A stretch of 64,000 nt of DNA from Macrostomum lignano (Eukaryota). This document shows positions 25,493 through 37,897 of the stretch, one piece after another. The notes under the pieces were generated by a model, which was not told where the DNA came from, did no database searches, and was given only the letters and a program-made list of their open reading frames with translations. The position numbers and the translations under genes are program-made. The stretch is from NCBI GenBank assembly GCA_002269645.1, contig NIVC01000240.1:505517-569516 (forward strand), written 5' to 3'. The first letter of the stretch is position 1. The number at the start of each line of letters is the position of its first letter.

Positions 25493-28400
25493 TCAAGACA
25501 GCCTAGCTGATTTCGATTTCGCACATCTAACAGGCATGGAGCAGAGAGAATCGTCACTGCAATCATCATTCTCGTTATCGGCACCATCGGGACAATCACC
25601 GTTGCCATCCGAGTGAGCAAAGCTTAACAACGGTGAACGGCATCGTTTTAAGGCTGAAGCTGGCAAGCCGTGGTCCTGAAGCTGAAAAGCTGATGTTGCT
25701 GATGCTGCGGGAGATGACACTAAAGTGTTGCTGGACAGCCGGGCAACCAGGGCATCCAGACGGGTCTGCACTCGACTTTCGGCATCGCCGAAACCATCAC
25801 CGTCGACGTCGCCAGCAGGCGTGACGAGAGCGCGAGCGGAGCGGGGCCGCAAATAGGTAAGCAGGTCGGCAACTTCGCTCATGGACGGGTGGAAGCTGAA
25901 CAGCACCCGGGCTGTGCGTTCCGAGGGCCATACAACAGTCTGGGTGAAGCCGGCGGTCTGGAAAGATAGATCAAAGAGCCGCAATCTCAATTGAAAATAC
26001 AGATCAAAGAGCCGCAATCTCAATTGAAAATACAGATCAAAGAGCCGCAATCTCAATTGAAAATAGAGATCAAAGAGAGCCGCAATCTCAATTGAAAATA
26101 CAGATCAAAGAGAGCCGCAATCTCAATTGAAAATACAGATCAAAGAGCCGCAATCTCAATTGAAAATAGAGATCAAAGCGAGCCGCTATCTCAATGGAAA
26201 ATAGAGATCAAAGCGAGCCGCTATCTCAATGGAAAATACAGATCAAAGAGAGCCGCAATCTTAATGGAAAATAGAAATCAAAGCGAGCCGCTATCTCAAT
26301 GGAAAATACAGATCAAAGAGAGCCGCTATCTCAATTGAAAATAGAGATCAAAGCGAGCCGCTATCTCAATGGAAATTACAGATCAAAGAGAGCCGCAATC
26401 TCAATGAAAAATAGAGATCAAAGCGAGCCGCAATCTCAATGGAAAATAGAGATCAAAGCGAGCCGCTATCTCAATGGAAAATACAGATCAAAGAGAGCCG
26501 CTATCTCAATGGAAAATACAGATCAAAGAGAGCCGCTATCTCAATGGAAATTACAGATCAAAGAGAGCCGCAATCTAAATGGAAAATAGAGATCAAAGAG
26601 AGCCGCTATCTCAATTGAAAATAGAGATCAAAGAGAGCCGCTATCTCAATGGAAATTACAGATCAAAGAGAGCCGCAATCTCAATGGAAAATAGAGATCA
26701 AAGAGAGCCGCTATCTCAATGGAAAATAGAGATTAAAGAGTGCCGTAATCTCAACAGATCAAAGACAGCTGCAAGCTCAATAAAAAAGCTATCTCACAGT
26801 GAACTCTGATATGTTAAAAAATAGAGCACGTAAAAGCACTTTGTTTACCTTATCAAAGTACATAGTGGACAGACAAATGCGCAACATCTCATTCATGTTG
26901 CAGCCGCAACCATCCAAGTGTACAAAGCAGTCAGCTGAAGTTGTTGAATAAAAATCTAGACTGCTTGCTAGCTGACCATAGTAGCGAAGGCCCAGTTCGC
27001 TGATGTGCACCTGAAAATTACAGTGCAGTGCAGTGCAGTTTTAGACTAAGAATTTAGTACAGATGACGATAATGAAAGGTTTCAAAAAGTTGGGAACCAG
27101 CCAGGGCAACTACTAATGACCGGTGAATCAAATTTAAATCAACTCACCTTCGTGCCAAATGTCTCAGCCAGACTCTGATAAACGTACTCGTACGAGAACC
27201 TAGCCTTAGCAACCAGTACAACACCAGAGTTGGCCCGCTTTACAGACAAATTCTGGTGCCTATCAAGACAGTCGCTGACCAAATCGCAGATTGCCTGCAT
27301 TGATTCTTGGCGAGTTGGCAGCTCACGACAGTGATCAGTGAAGAAGGTTGTGTCCACCACGGCATTATCGATGGGGATCACGCTGCGGGGATAGGTGGTA
27401 GGCAGTAAATATGTAAGTTTATGTGCAATTGAAGCTACTTTCATTTCAGTAATAGTTCTTCTTATTATTACCCACTTACTTCACTGTACTCCCCGCAAAA
27501 TCCGAGTGCCTGTCTCTTTCCCGCCCCGGCCCCGCCATTCTCTACCCCTTATTTTTATTGTCCTGGGGGTTGATCTGCAATGTACATTAGCGGCACGCTG
27601 ATAAATGTACATTTCTTTCCCGCCAAGCCATTCTCTACCCCGTATTTTTATTGCCCTGGGGGTTGATCTGCAATGTACATTAGCGGCACGCTGATAAATG
27701 TACATTTCTTTCCCGCCAAGCCATTCTCTACCCCTTATTTTTATTGTCCTGGGGGTTGATCTGCAATGTACATTAGCGGCACGCTGATAAATGTACATTT
27801 CTTTCCCGCCAAGCCATTCTCTACCCCGTATTTTTATTGCCCTGGGGGTTGATCTGCAATGTACATAAGCGGCCACGCTGATAAATGTACATTTCTTTCC
27901 CGCCATTCTCTACCCCCTATTTTTATTGCCTCTGGGCGTTGATCTGCAATGTACATAAGCGGCCACGCTGATAAATGTACATTTCTTTCTGCCATTCTCT
28001 AACCCCTATTTTTATTGCCCCATGCTCAACCATTATTAAGGGGTTGAAGTGCCAGTGCCACGTACATTAACCGCAATAACAATAACAATAAATTTTCCTG
28101 CCCACATCGTTCACAAGCAACGCCCCTAATTCGTTTGCCAATCCTGGCACACCATCAGGGGGCTGATCTTGTCTTTCAGAACAAAAAATTACTGTCACAT
28201 ACTGCGCTTGCTACTGAATCAAAAGTAGAGGATTAAGTATAAAATAAGTATTTACGAGCGTATTTTAGCAAGTGTTGATGCCAGATAGCATCATTATAAT
28301 GCAAAGTTGCTTATACTGAATAACATTAAAAACCTGCCTACCGGCCTTGGCGGTGAAACGCGCCGACCTCGCGCAGCGCTTCCAAACTAGTCGGTATTCG

Positions 28401-31400
28401 AAAATCGCCAGTGTGCAAAGCAACATAACCATCTGCGGAGTCTTCAAACAAGAACATAACGCTGCCCAGACAGTGACCAGCAGGAACTAGGGTCACTTGG
28501 AGACCCGGCAGCTCAGGCACTGGTTGAGCTGAATTCACCGGTAGCTCTACTAACAGATGGTGAGCATTGGCGAATGCCCGATCTGCTTGGATCAAATGCC
28601 TGATGATGCCCGAGCAGTAGATCTGAGTTCAGAGAGGCGGAGTGCGGCTTCTAGGCATGCTAACTTCATCTCACTCCATCCTTTAGCATTATCTGAGCTG
28701 CCTTCAACTGCCTCCTCACTCTTCCCTCAGTGATTATCTGCTACCTTCAGCGGCCTCCTTGCTAAGCCTTCAGCAAAGCAGAGTTTCCCTTCAACACCAA
28801 ATCCAGGTCGCTCACTAAGCACATTACTGCGTCCTTATTTCCGTTTAGACATAAAAAAAATCTTTATCAATAACAAAAACTGTCGATCATATTTTCCTAT
28901 TCCACTATGATTGCCAGGGCGTGACTAGAACTATTTGTAGCCTAAAGAAAACAACGAGCAAACTAAAAGCAGCTAACGAGCATGGCCCCGTCACTCAGTA
29001 CTGTACTAATTAGCAACAATGATTAGCACTTATTTTAGTCACAGTCAAATTTTCGTATTGATAAGAAACTGTGCCATTATTTTCTAACACACCTAAAGAT
29101 ACTTATTAACAAAAGAAATCTAACCTTGCATTCGTGTTGCACATCTTTAAGTCCAACAACATGATCTAAAACAAGAATATACAATATGGTGTATTAATAA
29201 TTTATAGATTAATATTAGATAATTGTCTGATCTAAATAGCAAAATACTTCAGGTAGAGTTGCATAATGCAAACAGATTTTATAGATGAGGATTTGCTAGA
29301 TAGATAAGGTTGAAGACACAAACAATGCAATATATGGGACCTGTGTTCTATAAAAAATAAACCCATTTTATAGGTGTACTTTTTCTGGAGTTTTCTATCA
29401 ATATTTAGATATTTTCCAGTACATGTACAATTGCCAGCTAACCTAGCCAATCTGGCTGGCATAAATTGTGGCAAGCCCAGTATATAAGTTGCAAAATTGA
29501 TTATTTTTTGACAATTTTGACAAACTTGAGTAGATTTTTTATTTTGTTTACAAAATGTGACAACAAATTAAACATTTTTAAATTGTTATTAGGTAACCAC
29601 AAAACTAAGTTGCATTTTCAGTCTATCTAAACTATTATAGTTAATTTTAATAGTTTATGATTTCAAAAGCTAATGTAATTTCTGAGGTGTAAATGTATAT
29701 AAGCATATCTATTGAAAGTTCTATTTCAATAGTTAAATGGACAATAGTCAATCTGAAAACCCCTAACAATAGCCTTTGCTATAAAATTTTAAGCTGAATG
29801 ATCCTAGTTTTATAGAATCTCTTAGCTATAACTTTGTATCTTTTTTCTGCATGAACAAATGATAATGTAATAGCTACTTATAAATGCTTAGAATCTCAAT
29901 TAGAGCCAACTTTGAAAATTTAAAATGCCTAAGTGCTAAGAGAAAAAGATAATAGATAATTATTTAGGGGAAATGTTATCCTTTTTAATCCCAATACTAA
30001 TTAGATAAGTTTGGTAGCTAATATTTTTTTAAAATAAATGTGTTTTTATAGCTTTTTTTAGTATGTTGCAAACACTGCACAGCCTACACTGAGCTATGCC
30101 ATTATGCTGCACCTGTGCCATCTATACTATATAGATTTTCTAGTATTCATTTGAGAAGGCTTTTGTATATTAGAACTTTCTAAACAAAAAGATATCATCC
30201 TGAGTATGACTATAGAATTGTGTTATAATAAATCATAGCATCAACTTTGTTAATCCTTAGGATCCCACAGTCTATACCAATATTATCAAAGGTTTATAGG
30301 CCAACTACAAGCACAAGTTCTATATAATACATGGTACTACTAATACTCTCTTTGAAACTCACCTTTAGAAATTTATATGTTGATATATTTTTGAAAAAAA
30401 CTATTTGTAAAAATATTCTGTATTAGATATATCATGATTTATGCTAGACCTAATTTAACTCTAAATGTATTTTTGAATTTTGTGAACTTAGTAACACTTA
30501 GCAATCCAAAAAACTACTCCAAAATACAAGTTAATGATTTCTAATTTTATGAAAATTAATTCAATATAGGAAGTTGTTGTTATGCTAACAAATTTAATAT
30601 AGATTTCTTAAATAGCAGTAATAGTTTACTTAAATTAATATTTTAAAAGTATTATTTTATCATATACATACTTTTTGTTAGTGTTCCACCATAAAGGGGC
30701 TCCATGTGCTATAGCCATAGCCATAAGCAAAACTATGGCTTATTCCAATTCTCCATATTCCATAGCCGTAGGGATCCCAATATTACCCCATAGCCATAGC
30801 TATGGTGGAACACTACTTTTTGTCAAAGTCATTTTGGTCATTTTGTAACAAAAACTATAAAAGGCTTTAAGTTTAAATAGAAAGGATTTTGACAAAATGT
30901 CTAACTGGGTGCCATCGAATTTGTCATCATCTAATTCAACAACTCTATTGACAAATTTGGTTTACCTTATCATGCATTATTGATAAATTCAAATACCTAA
31001 CAATATGCTATTGACTAATATACTAATTACATGCTAAAAATTGAAAGACAAGCCTAAGCCTATTGAAAAGATATATATATATATAATAACAAAATAGAAT
31101 GGTTTTTAAATATTAACTTTTATAACCTATTAAAACCCATGGACTTTAAACTTACTAAATATAAATATAATATAAACTTACTTATACATGCCAAGTTTTT
31201 AAAAAATTTGTATTTTAAAAGTAACAATTATAATTAACTTTAAAATGGCTGATTTTGCTAAAAACTAATATTCTTTGTTTTGATTTTGTTTTTCTCGTAA
31301 ATTGTGTTAGGCCTAATACTTTCTATTTTAGTTAACCGTTTATTTTCAGAAGAGCTTTAGTTGATTGATATTTAACTATACAATTACATCAGCCCTAAAC

Positions 31401-32185
31401 TTTTCAATTTCTTGTATGCCAGTTATTTACACTTTATGTTGAACCTGAAAATTCTATACGCCAAGTGTATGCCAAGATTGTCAGCAAGTGCAAAAATATG
31501 CCGGAATTTTCTGGTATAAAGGCTATCTTCCGGACTATATGGTATATATAATAGCATTTAGAAAATGCATTCATAAAGTATGTTGAATTCTTTGGCAATA
31601 TTTTGCATCTTGAATTAAAGAAATTTATGTTATTGCATTAAGAAACAACTTTAGCCTGACTTTATGTAAGTTTGTCTTGTTGTTGACAAATTTATTCAGC
31701 TTGTTTTAATTATTAATAAGTTTAATTTCCTCCAATTTCTTAAACTTTAGGTCTGTTGACAAATTCAGTGTAACCTATCCATCTATTGGAACAAGTAAGA
31801 TCATTATAATAAGGTCTAGCCTAGGCCTCATTCAATGGCTATTGTATTGATACTAAATAACTAATACCAAACTTGTCTAAATTAAATATTTCTAACTATT
31901 AAAAATAAACTACTTTTTGAAACAACAACAAATAAAAAATTATACATAAAATTGTAAAAACTATAAATCAATGCCTTAGGGGTATGCCACAGCAATAAGC
32001 TAATATGGCAATGGCATTAATAAAACTCATAGGCCTATCCTGACATTTATCAACCATGGCTCCTAAGTCCTGGCCTTACCCATATGAAAGTGGGACAAAA
32101 AGTATACTGATGAAACTCCTTTGAAATAATCGACGACAATGTTTTTTCCTGATGGGAATACAATAGTAGATGAATTAGCATTCAT
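25493..32185 (-). CDS. DCLRE1C: Artemis-like metallo-beta-lactamase/beta-CASP nuclease. Exons 32185-32080, 29165-29125, 28622-28342, 27382-27148, 27010-26849, 25957-25493
   Basis: All introns GT-AG with matching phases (1,0,2,0,0). Spliced motifs IVVDYF, YFLSHFHM|DHVVGL (HxHxDH), IYCS, AGHCLGSVMFLF, HTGDFR, VDTTF, KARFSYEYVYQSLAETFGTK|VHI and FSFHPSMSE. AGHC and YEY fit Artemis better than SNM1A/B. Confidence 0.88.
25965..26762. repeat. Minisatellite, ~31-33-bp unit AAATACAGATCAAAGAGCCGCAATCTCAATTGA, in an Artemis intron
   Basis: Tandem copies read directly. Confidence 0.9.
27500..28020. repeat. 93-bp tandem repeat in an Artemis intron
   Basis: CGCTGATAAATG recurs at 27596, 27689 and 27782 (93-bp period). 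Confidence 0.9.
30679..30815. mobile_element. hAT-like MITE, 137 bp
   Basis: Perfect 15-bp TIR TAGTGTTCCACCATA / TATGGTGGAACACTA; perfect 8-bp TSD CTTTTTGT (30671-78, 30816-23). Confidence 0.85.
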
Positions 32186-33408
32186 GGCTATTTTAATATT
32201 TTCAATATGTTATTCTACAATGAAACTACCACTGGTCACTGGTCACAGAAGTTACAGATTGGTTGCTTAATCTTTTAAAATAATCATTGACGCAGGCGGA
32301 ATAATGTGGCGAAACGAGAATTTTAGGTCCACCAGTATTCTCAACCTGCAGAAGGAAAGATGTGATAGGCCTACCACTGCCACGCGCACTGACCGACCTC
32401 AGAGTCTCAGACCTGTACAAAAGTTATATTTCTACGAACCTTTTCGTTTGAAAAGCTGTCAGTCGTTATTATACACTCCGTTATTTTACCGTTACAGTTT
32501 TTAAGTAAAATTTATCTCAACTGTATACAATCTTCAGTTTGTTCGAAAAGGAGATCTAAAGTGTTTTATAAGTCGTCCTTGAGTCCATTTTTGTGTCTAC
32601 TTATTAATCTATATCGGATAAATTGTAAAAAGTTATTGATGCCCAGTGTAAGTTTCACAGGCCTTCTTACTACGAGTGTGCAGCTAGCCAATTGAAAAAA
32701 ATGTGCATTTGCTAGTCAGAAAATGATAAAAGAAAAAAAAAGACTGACTAGAAGACAAAGATAGTCAGTCAAGGTCCGTCAGATGGCTAGCTGTAATGCG
32801 AGCGCGAAGATAAAATTTATAACTGGCATGCTGCATGCAGCAGCCTAGTACTGGATATACATAACATGTATGGACATGGCATGCATGCATGTTTACATAT
32901 AAACTTAGTATTTTGAAAATTTGAAAAGCTGGAGACTTCATATTGCAGCCATTATATGATTGTGCAAAAAATGACAGTCTCATGAGTCTTTTGTTTTGAA
33001 CGTGGAAGTGTTCCAGGTGGTGCCACAGTACTGATGAGCAGTTACTTATACATGTACGTACTTTTCCCTGATGTTTAAGCTGCTTAAGGAAGCATCTACA
33101 TGTACAGTCTTTACATGAATTGCATGTGTCTATCTATACATGTATCCACCTATAGCTGGAGAGTGTACCCAATTTTTTAGCCGACTAATTTTCTGACCGA
33201 TGTTTGCCAAGCCTACCGCTTGCGTCCCAGTCAACATTAGACACTTAGCTAAGCAGCCCAGTATCATGATTCAAAAGTGTCACAAGATTCAAGAGTGTAC
33301 GTGTCAATAAGATTCATAAGTACTACATGTACCTGTTGGATATATTTTTACATATATACATACAGTATATATTCATATATATTATATATATATGAATTCA
33401 TTCATATA

Positions 33409-33597
33409 CAGTGGCGCAACCAGGGGGGGCAGGGGGGGGGGCGGTCGCCCCCCCCCTTAGGCGGGGGACCGAAAAAAATCAAAGGGGGACCAAGCGAATT
33501 TTCGCCAAAAACAGAGCCACCCCTCCGCCGCCCCCTCCCGGGACTTTACCCTCAGAATCCGCCCCCCCCCCTTGAAAAATTTCTGGTTGCGCTACTG
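33409..33597. mobile_element. hAT-like GC-rich MITE, 189 bp
   Basis: TIR CAGTGGCGCAACCAG / CTGGTTGCGCTACTG (14/15); perfect 8-bp TSD TTCATATA (33401-08, 33598-605). Confidence 0.88.
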
Positions 33598-34074
33598 TTC
33601 ATATACATACATCATTCACATCATAACGGACTACAAAAACTGACCTGTCCATAAGTATATATACGCACATATTATACATGCTTATAAACTAATTACATAC
33701 CTAGGCTGTTTCTTAATTTATGAATTTGTTTATGAATTTGTGTAATTGTACTGTTATTAATTAGTACTGAATTGGGATCGATTGATTTTATCATAGTGAC
33801 AATGACAATTAATAATCTCGTATACACGTCGAGTATACACATATACATGTACAGTATACCATTAAATGTCTCAGCTATATCCGAAACAATCTACCACAAG
33901 TATAGAAACGCATAGTGTTCTGTGTACGCATTTGCTGGTTTTTCGGTTTTCTTTTGTCAGCTAGTCAGGATGTTGTGAAGGCTCAGGGCACGTAGCCCAG
34001 TGGTCTTAACGCCCTTGAGGGCCAACCGCCAAGGCACAGTGAAGTGTACATGCCTATAATGATAAATAAAGTTA

Positions 34075-37000
34075 GGGCCGCTGTACACTCGCTGCACCTG
34101 AGAGTCTACTGCACCTTGCGCAGTACTGCGAGTCCCAGAACGCTGAGCTGTGCTTAGGGGGCGACCTCAACGCACACCATAAGCACTGGGGCAGCAAAGA
34201 CACCAATACTAGAGGGGAGGAGCTTCTGGCCCTTATCTCTAATACAAATCTTATGCTCTGCAACCGCGGTAGCACTCCTACCTTTAACAATGGCAGATGA
34301 ACTGAGGTCCTCGATACCACACTCGTTACCCCAAGACTCTGACAGAGTTGAGGAGTGGAGAGTCTGGTCTGAGGTGCCCTCCCTGTCTGACCACTGCTTT
34401 ATCGCCTTTAACATCGCGGACACTAAACACCAGTCCTCGATCACTTGGAGGCGTAACATCCGCAACACTGATTGGGCAGCCTATAAGGCTACCCTTGATC
34501 TGCACCTGCAGGAACTCTTGGACTTACGTTCGATTGAGACCTGCGAGGATGTGGACCATGCGGCTGAGACGCTGACAGGTTGCATTATTGCAGCCTATGA
34601 AGCGGCCCGCCCTGTCCGTGCCTACAAAGGCAAGACCTCGGCGCCGTAGTGGAACCCGGAGCTGGGGAAACTCAGGCGGAAGGCCAAAAGCCTTCAGCGC
34701 CGTGCCATGAAGACCGGAAACCCGGAGGACATGGAGCTTTTCCGACAAGCCTCCCGCAACTTCAAATCTGAAGTGCGCAAGGCCAAGGAATGTAAATGGC
34801 GCCAATTCTGCAATGAGTTGGATCAAGACAGACCTACTTCTAGGCTTGTCAAGGCCCTTACAATGGACAAAATGTCCAAATTAGCCATGATCAGAAAAGA
34901 TGATGGCTCTCTTACTAAAGACCCTGAAGAAGTGCTTCAGCATATGCTCAACACATTCTTCCCGAGGGTACCCACTGCTAGATCGGAACCCTACCATTCG
35001 ATGGATGGAGCCATCCTAGCGGCGGGCATTATCACTGAAGATTTAATCGCTCATGCGGTCAGAACCTTCAAGCCCTTCAAATCTCCTGGACCTGATGGTA
35101 TCTACCCTGTTCTTCTTCGTGAAGCAGCCAAGATACCCTCGTTCTTGAGACTTACCCGCAATCTCATGCGGGCCTCTATCCAGCTGGGATACGTTCCCAA
35201 GTGCTGGACCGAAGCTCGAGTAGTCTTCATTCCCAAACCTGGGAAGGGTGACTACCAGAGCGTCAAGGCCTTTAGGCCAATTAGCTTAACGTCAGCAATG
35301 CTTAAGCTCACTGAGAGGCTTATTCTCTGGCGGCTGCTTTCTTGCGAGCTGACAGCAATGCCCCTCAGCAATAATCAGCACGCCTTCTGTACCGGGAGGT
35401 CGACTGACAGCGCCCTGCATGCGATAGTCGAGAAGATTGAACGGGCGGTACTGGGTGACGGTTACGCCCTGGCTCTTTTTCTCGACATTGTTGGCGCCTT
35501 CGACAACGTTATCTTTGAAGCGTTTCAGAGGGCCCTTCAAAACCGCAAAGCTCACGCTACCCTCATACGGTGGATCATGTACATGATCTCTAACCGTACG
35601 GTCACTGCCCAACTTCTTGGGCAAACTGCCTCCGCCAGAGTCTGTAAGGGTGGACCCCAAGGGGGAGTCCTCACCCCGACGCTCTGGAACCTGGTCATGG
35701 ACGCTCTTCTGGGCGACTCCCGACCTGATCCCGTCTTCAAAGTCGGGTATGCTGACGACACGTCACGGCCATTGTGGCAGGGCCATCCCCCAGCACGCTC
35801 AGGGATCTGATGCAGAGCTTTATCCGCAAAGCAGAATCCTAGGCCAATGACAACCGTCTGGAACTCCCTGAGCCCAAAACTGTTGCCATTATGTTCACCA
35901 GCAGAATACGCTGGAACATACGACCTCTGCAGTTTTACGGCAGAGATATTGCTTTCGCGCACCAGACCAGATGTCTCAGGGTCATACTTGACCACCGGCT
36001 CAACTGGTCCTTTCACGTGAAAGCAAAAGCCAAGCGTGCCTCAGCCATCCTGGCCCAGCTCCGACGAGCACTTGGCACTTCTTGGGGTCTATCCCCAAAG
36101 CGGCTTTGGTGGATCTACACTTCCGTAGTTAGACCTGCCATTACGTACGCCTCGGTTGTCTGGGTTAGCGCTACCCAGGTCAAAAGCTATGCAGATTTGC
36201 TCAACACGATCCAGGGCAGAGCGTGTAGGCTTATCTGCAACGCCACCAGGTCCACACCCTTTGCCGGCATGGGGGCCTTCCTTAATCTACCGCCTCTCGA
36301 CCTCTTCGTCAGGGGTGAGGCGGCTAGAACGACGCGGCGTTTACTTGACGCCGGTGTCAAATTCCTTTACATGAGGGCACCTGCTAAGCGGAACCTTGTC
36401 CCGCATAGCGACCTGTGCCTCAACATTCTCAACGAATGTCAGGCCAATCGCGTCTTCACCGATGGCATTGCCTCAACGCTCAACCTGAGACAACGCTACT
36501 CCGTAGCTATCGACTCGCGCGATACCATCAATGACCACTGGAACCCTGGTGAGCTTCATTGCTACACCGACGGTTCTAAGCAGTCAGCCAACACCGGTTT
36601 TGGTGTTGGAATCTTCCTGAACGGGAGGGTCATCGCAACCCACGCTCAGTACACTAGGGTCAACTCCAGTGTCTTCCAAAATGAAGTTCTCGCCATCAGC
36701 TTCTCGCCACTGGCGTAACCGGCAAGAATATCATTTTCCATTCGGACAGCCAAGCTGCCTTGCACGCCATCAGTGGCTGTAGTACCAATTCTGCTACAGT
36801 CCTCGACTGTATCAAACTCCTCAACATGTTGGGCTCCACCAACAAAATCACCCTTAAGTGGGTTCTGGGGCATATGGGGATCCGAGGAAATTAATTGGCT
36901 GACGCCCTTGCAAAAGTTGGTGCCTCCGGCTCCTCTCTCGGTCCCAAACCCTTTGTCCCGATTCCTGTCATCGACTCGCGCATCAAAGCGTGGATTAGGA

Positions 37001-37538
37001 CCCAGCACCGCTCGACTAAAGCGAACTGCACTACCTGCAGACAATCTAGAGGCGCTGTCCCTCAGCCCTCTCACCAGCTCCGAAAGCTCCTCTTGCGCCT
37101 CTCGCGCAGAGACATCCGGGCTGCCACCATGACCCTCTCAGGTCACGACTGCTTCTCTAGGCACCAGTACCTGCAGGGCAACGCGACCAACGCCATCTGC
37201 AGTTTCTGTAACTCAGGTGACGAAACCGCTGAGCATTTCGTCAGCATCTGTCCCGCCTTTACGCGAGCCAGACTCACTTACCTCGGGCCACACACATCTA
37301 TTACTGAAGCGTGCAAACCCGAAAACTTTAATCAGCTCATGCGCTACCTCCGGGCCACCCGCAGGGCTGAACTCTCCTTTCCAGAGAGCACTATAGCTGC
37401 TGGCGACTCTGGGGGACCTCCCTGGGCGGCGCCAACCCTTCGTCCTTTGCGACGCGTCGGCCGTTCAGGGATTAGCGGGATGGGCGTTCGCGCCTTCCCC
37501 CCCCCGGGACAGCCCTGCTGTAAGTCAAGTAAGTCAAG
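34075..37538 (+). mobile_element. 5'-truncated, degenerate non-LTR retrotransposon (APE-RT-RNase H-CCHC; I group, LOA/R1-like)
   Basis: APE motifs GGDLNAHH..WGS and LSDH; RT motifs KSPGPDGI, FRPISLTS, QHAF, FLDIVGAFDNV, PQGGVLTPTLWN and YADD; RNase H CYTDGSK; C-terminal SGH..CSFC..ETAEHFVSICP; tail TAAGTCAAGTAAGTCAAG. Several stops and frameshifts (e.g. TAG at 34647). Confidence 0.9.
34707..35810 (+). pseudogene. Reverse transcriptase segment of the decayed LINE ORF2
   Basis: 367-aa ORF fragment; the frame is lost just after YADD. Confidence 0.88.
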
Positions 37539-37897
37539 CACACAGCCTCAAAAATTAAAAATTGTGAAGGCTAGCTTTTTTGAGACAGTCCCACAGCCAG
37601 AGGTGTACGAGGATATTTTACTCGTATATTCAGACGAACTGAAAGAGACTCCGAACTGTTTGAGGAAGATTATTTAAGAAAAATATTGTCAATATTGTTA
37701 CAAAGCAGGCAAAATTATACATAGGATCAGAAAATTCAGAGACAATTTAAGGTTTGAAAGCAAAGCTGCGAGGCTTAGGTAATTATTTTTGGTAATGTAT
37801 ATAGAAATATATATATAATAATGTAAAAAAGGACCACACGGAATAACCCCGTAGGCTTAATGTTGTTGTTTTTCACCGGCAGGCGCGTGACGCGAGC

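Noticed and set aside
32230-32345. Possible extra upstream exon of Artemis (VENTGG...)
   Set aside because: Splicing it to the ATG exon through a 42-nt intron is out of frame; at most a 5' UTR exon, unsupported
32105-33070. CTGATGA motifs (near 32107 and 33031) suggestive of hammerhead ribozymes
   Set aside because: No stem II plus GAAA arrangement could be built; the first lies within Artemis exon 1 on the opposite strand
33975-34060. GGGCACGTAGCCCAGTGG tRNA A-box-like sequence, or a possible HDV-like ribozyme at the LINE 5' end
   Set aside because: No B box, and no P1-P4 nested pseudoknot could be assigned by eye
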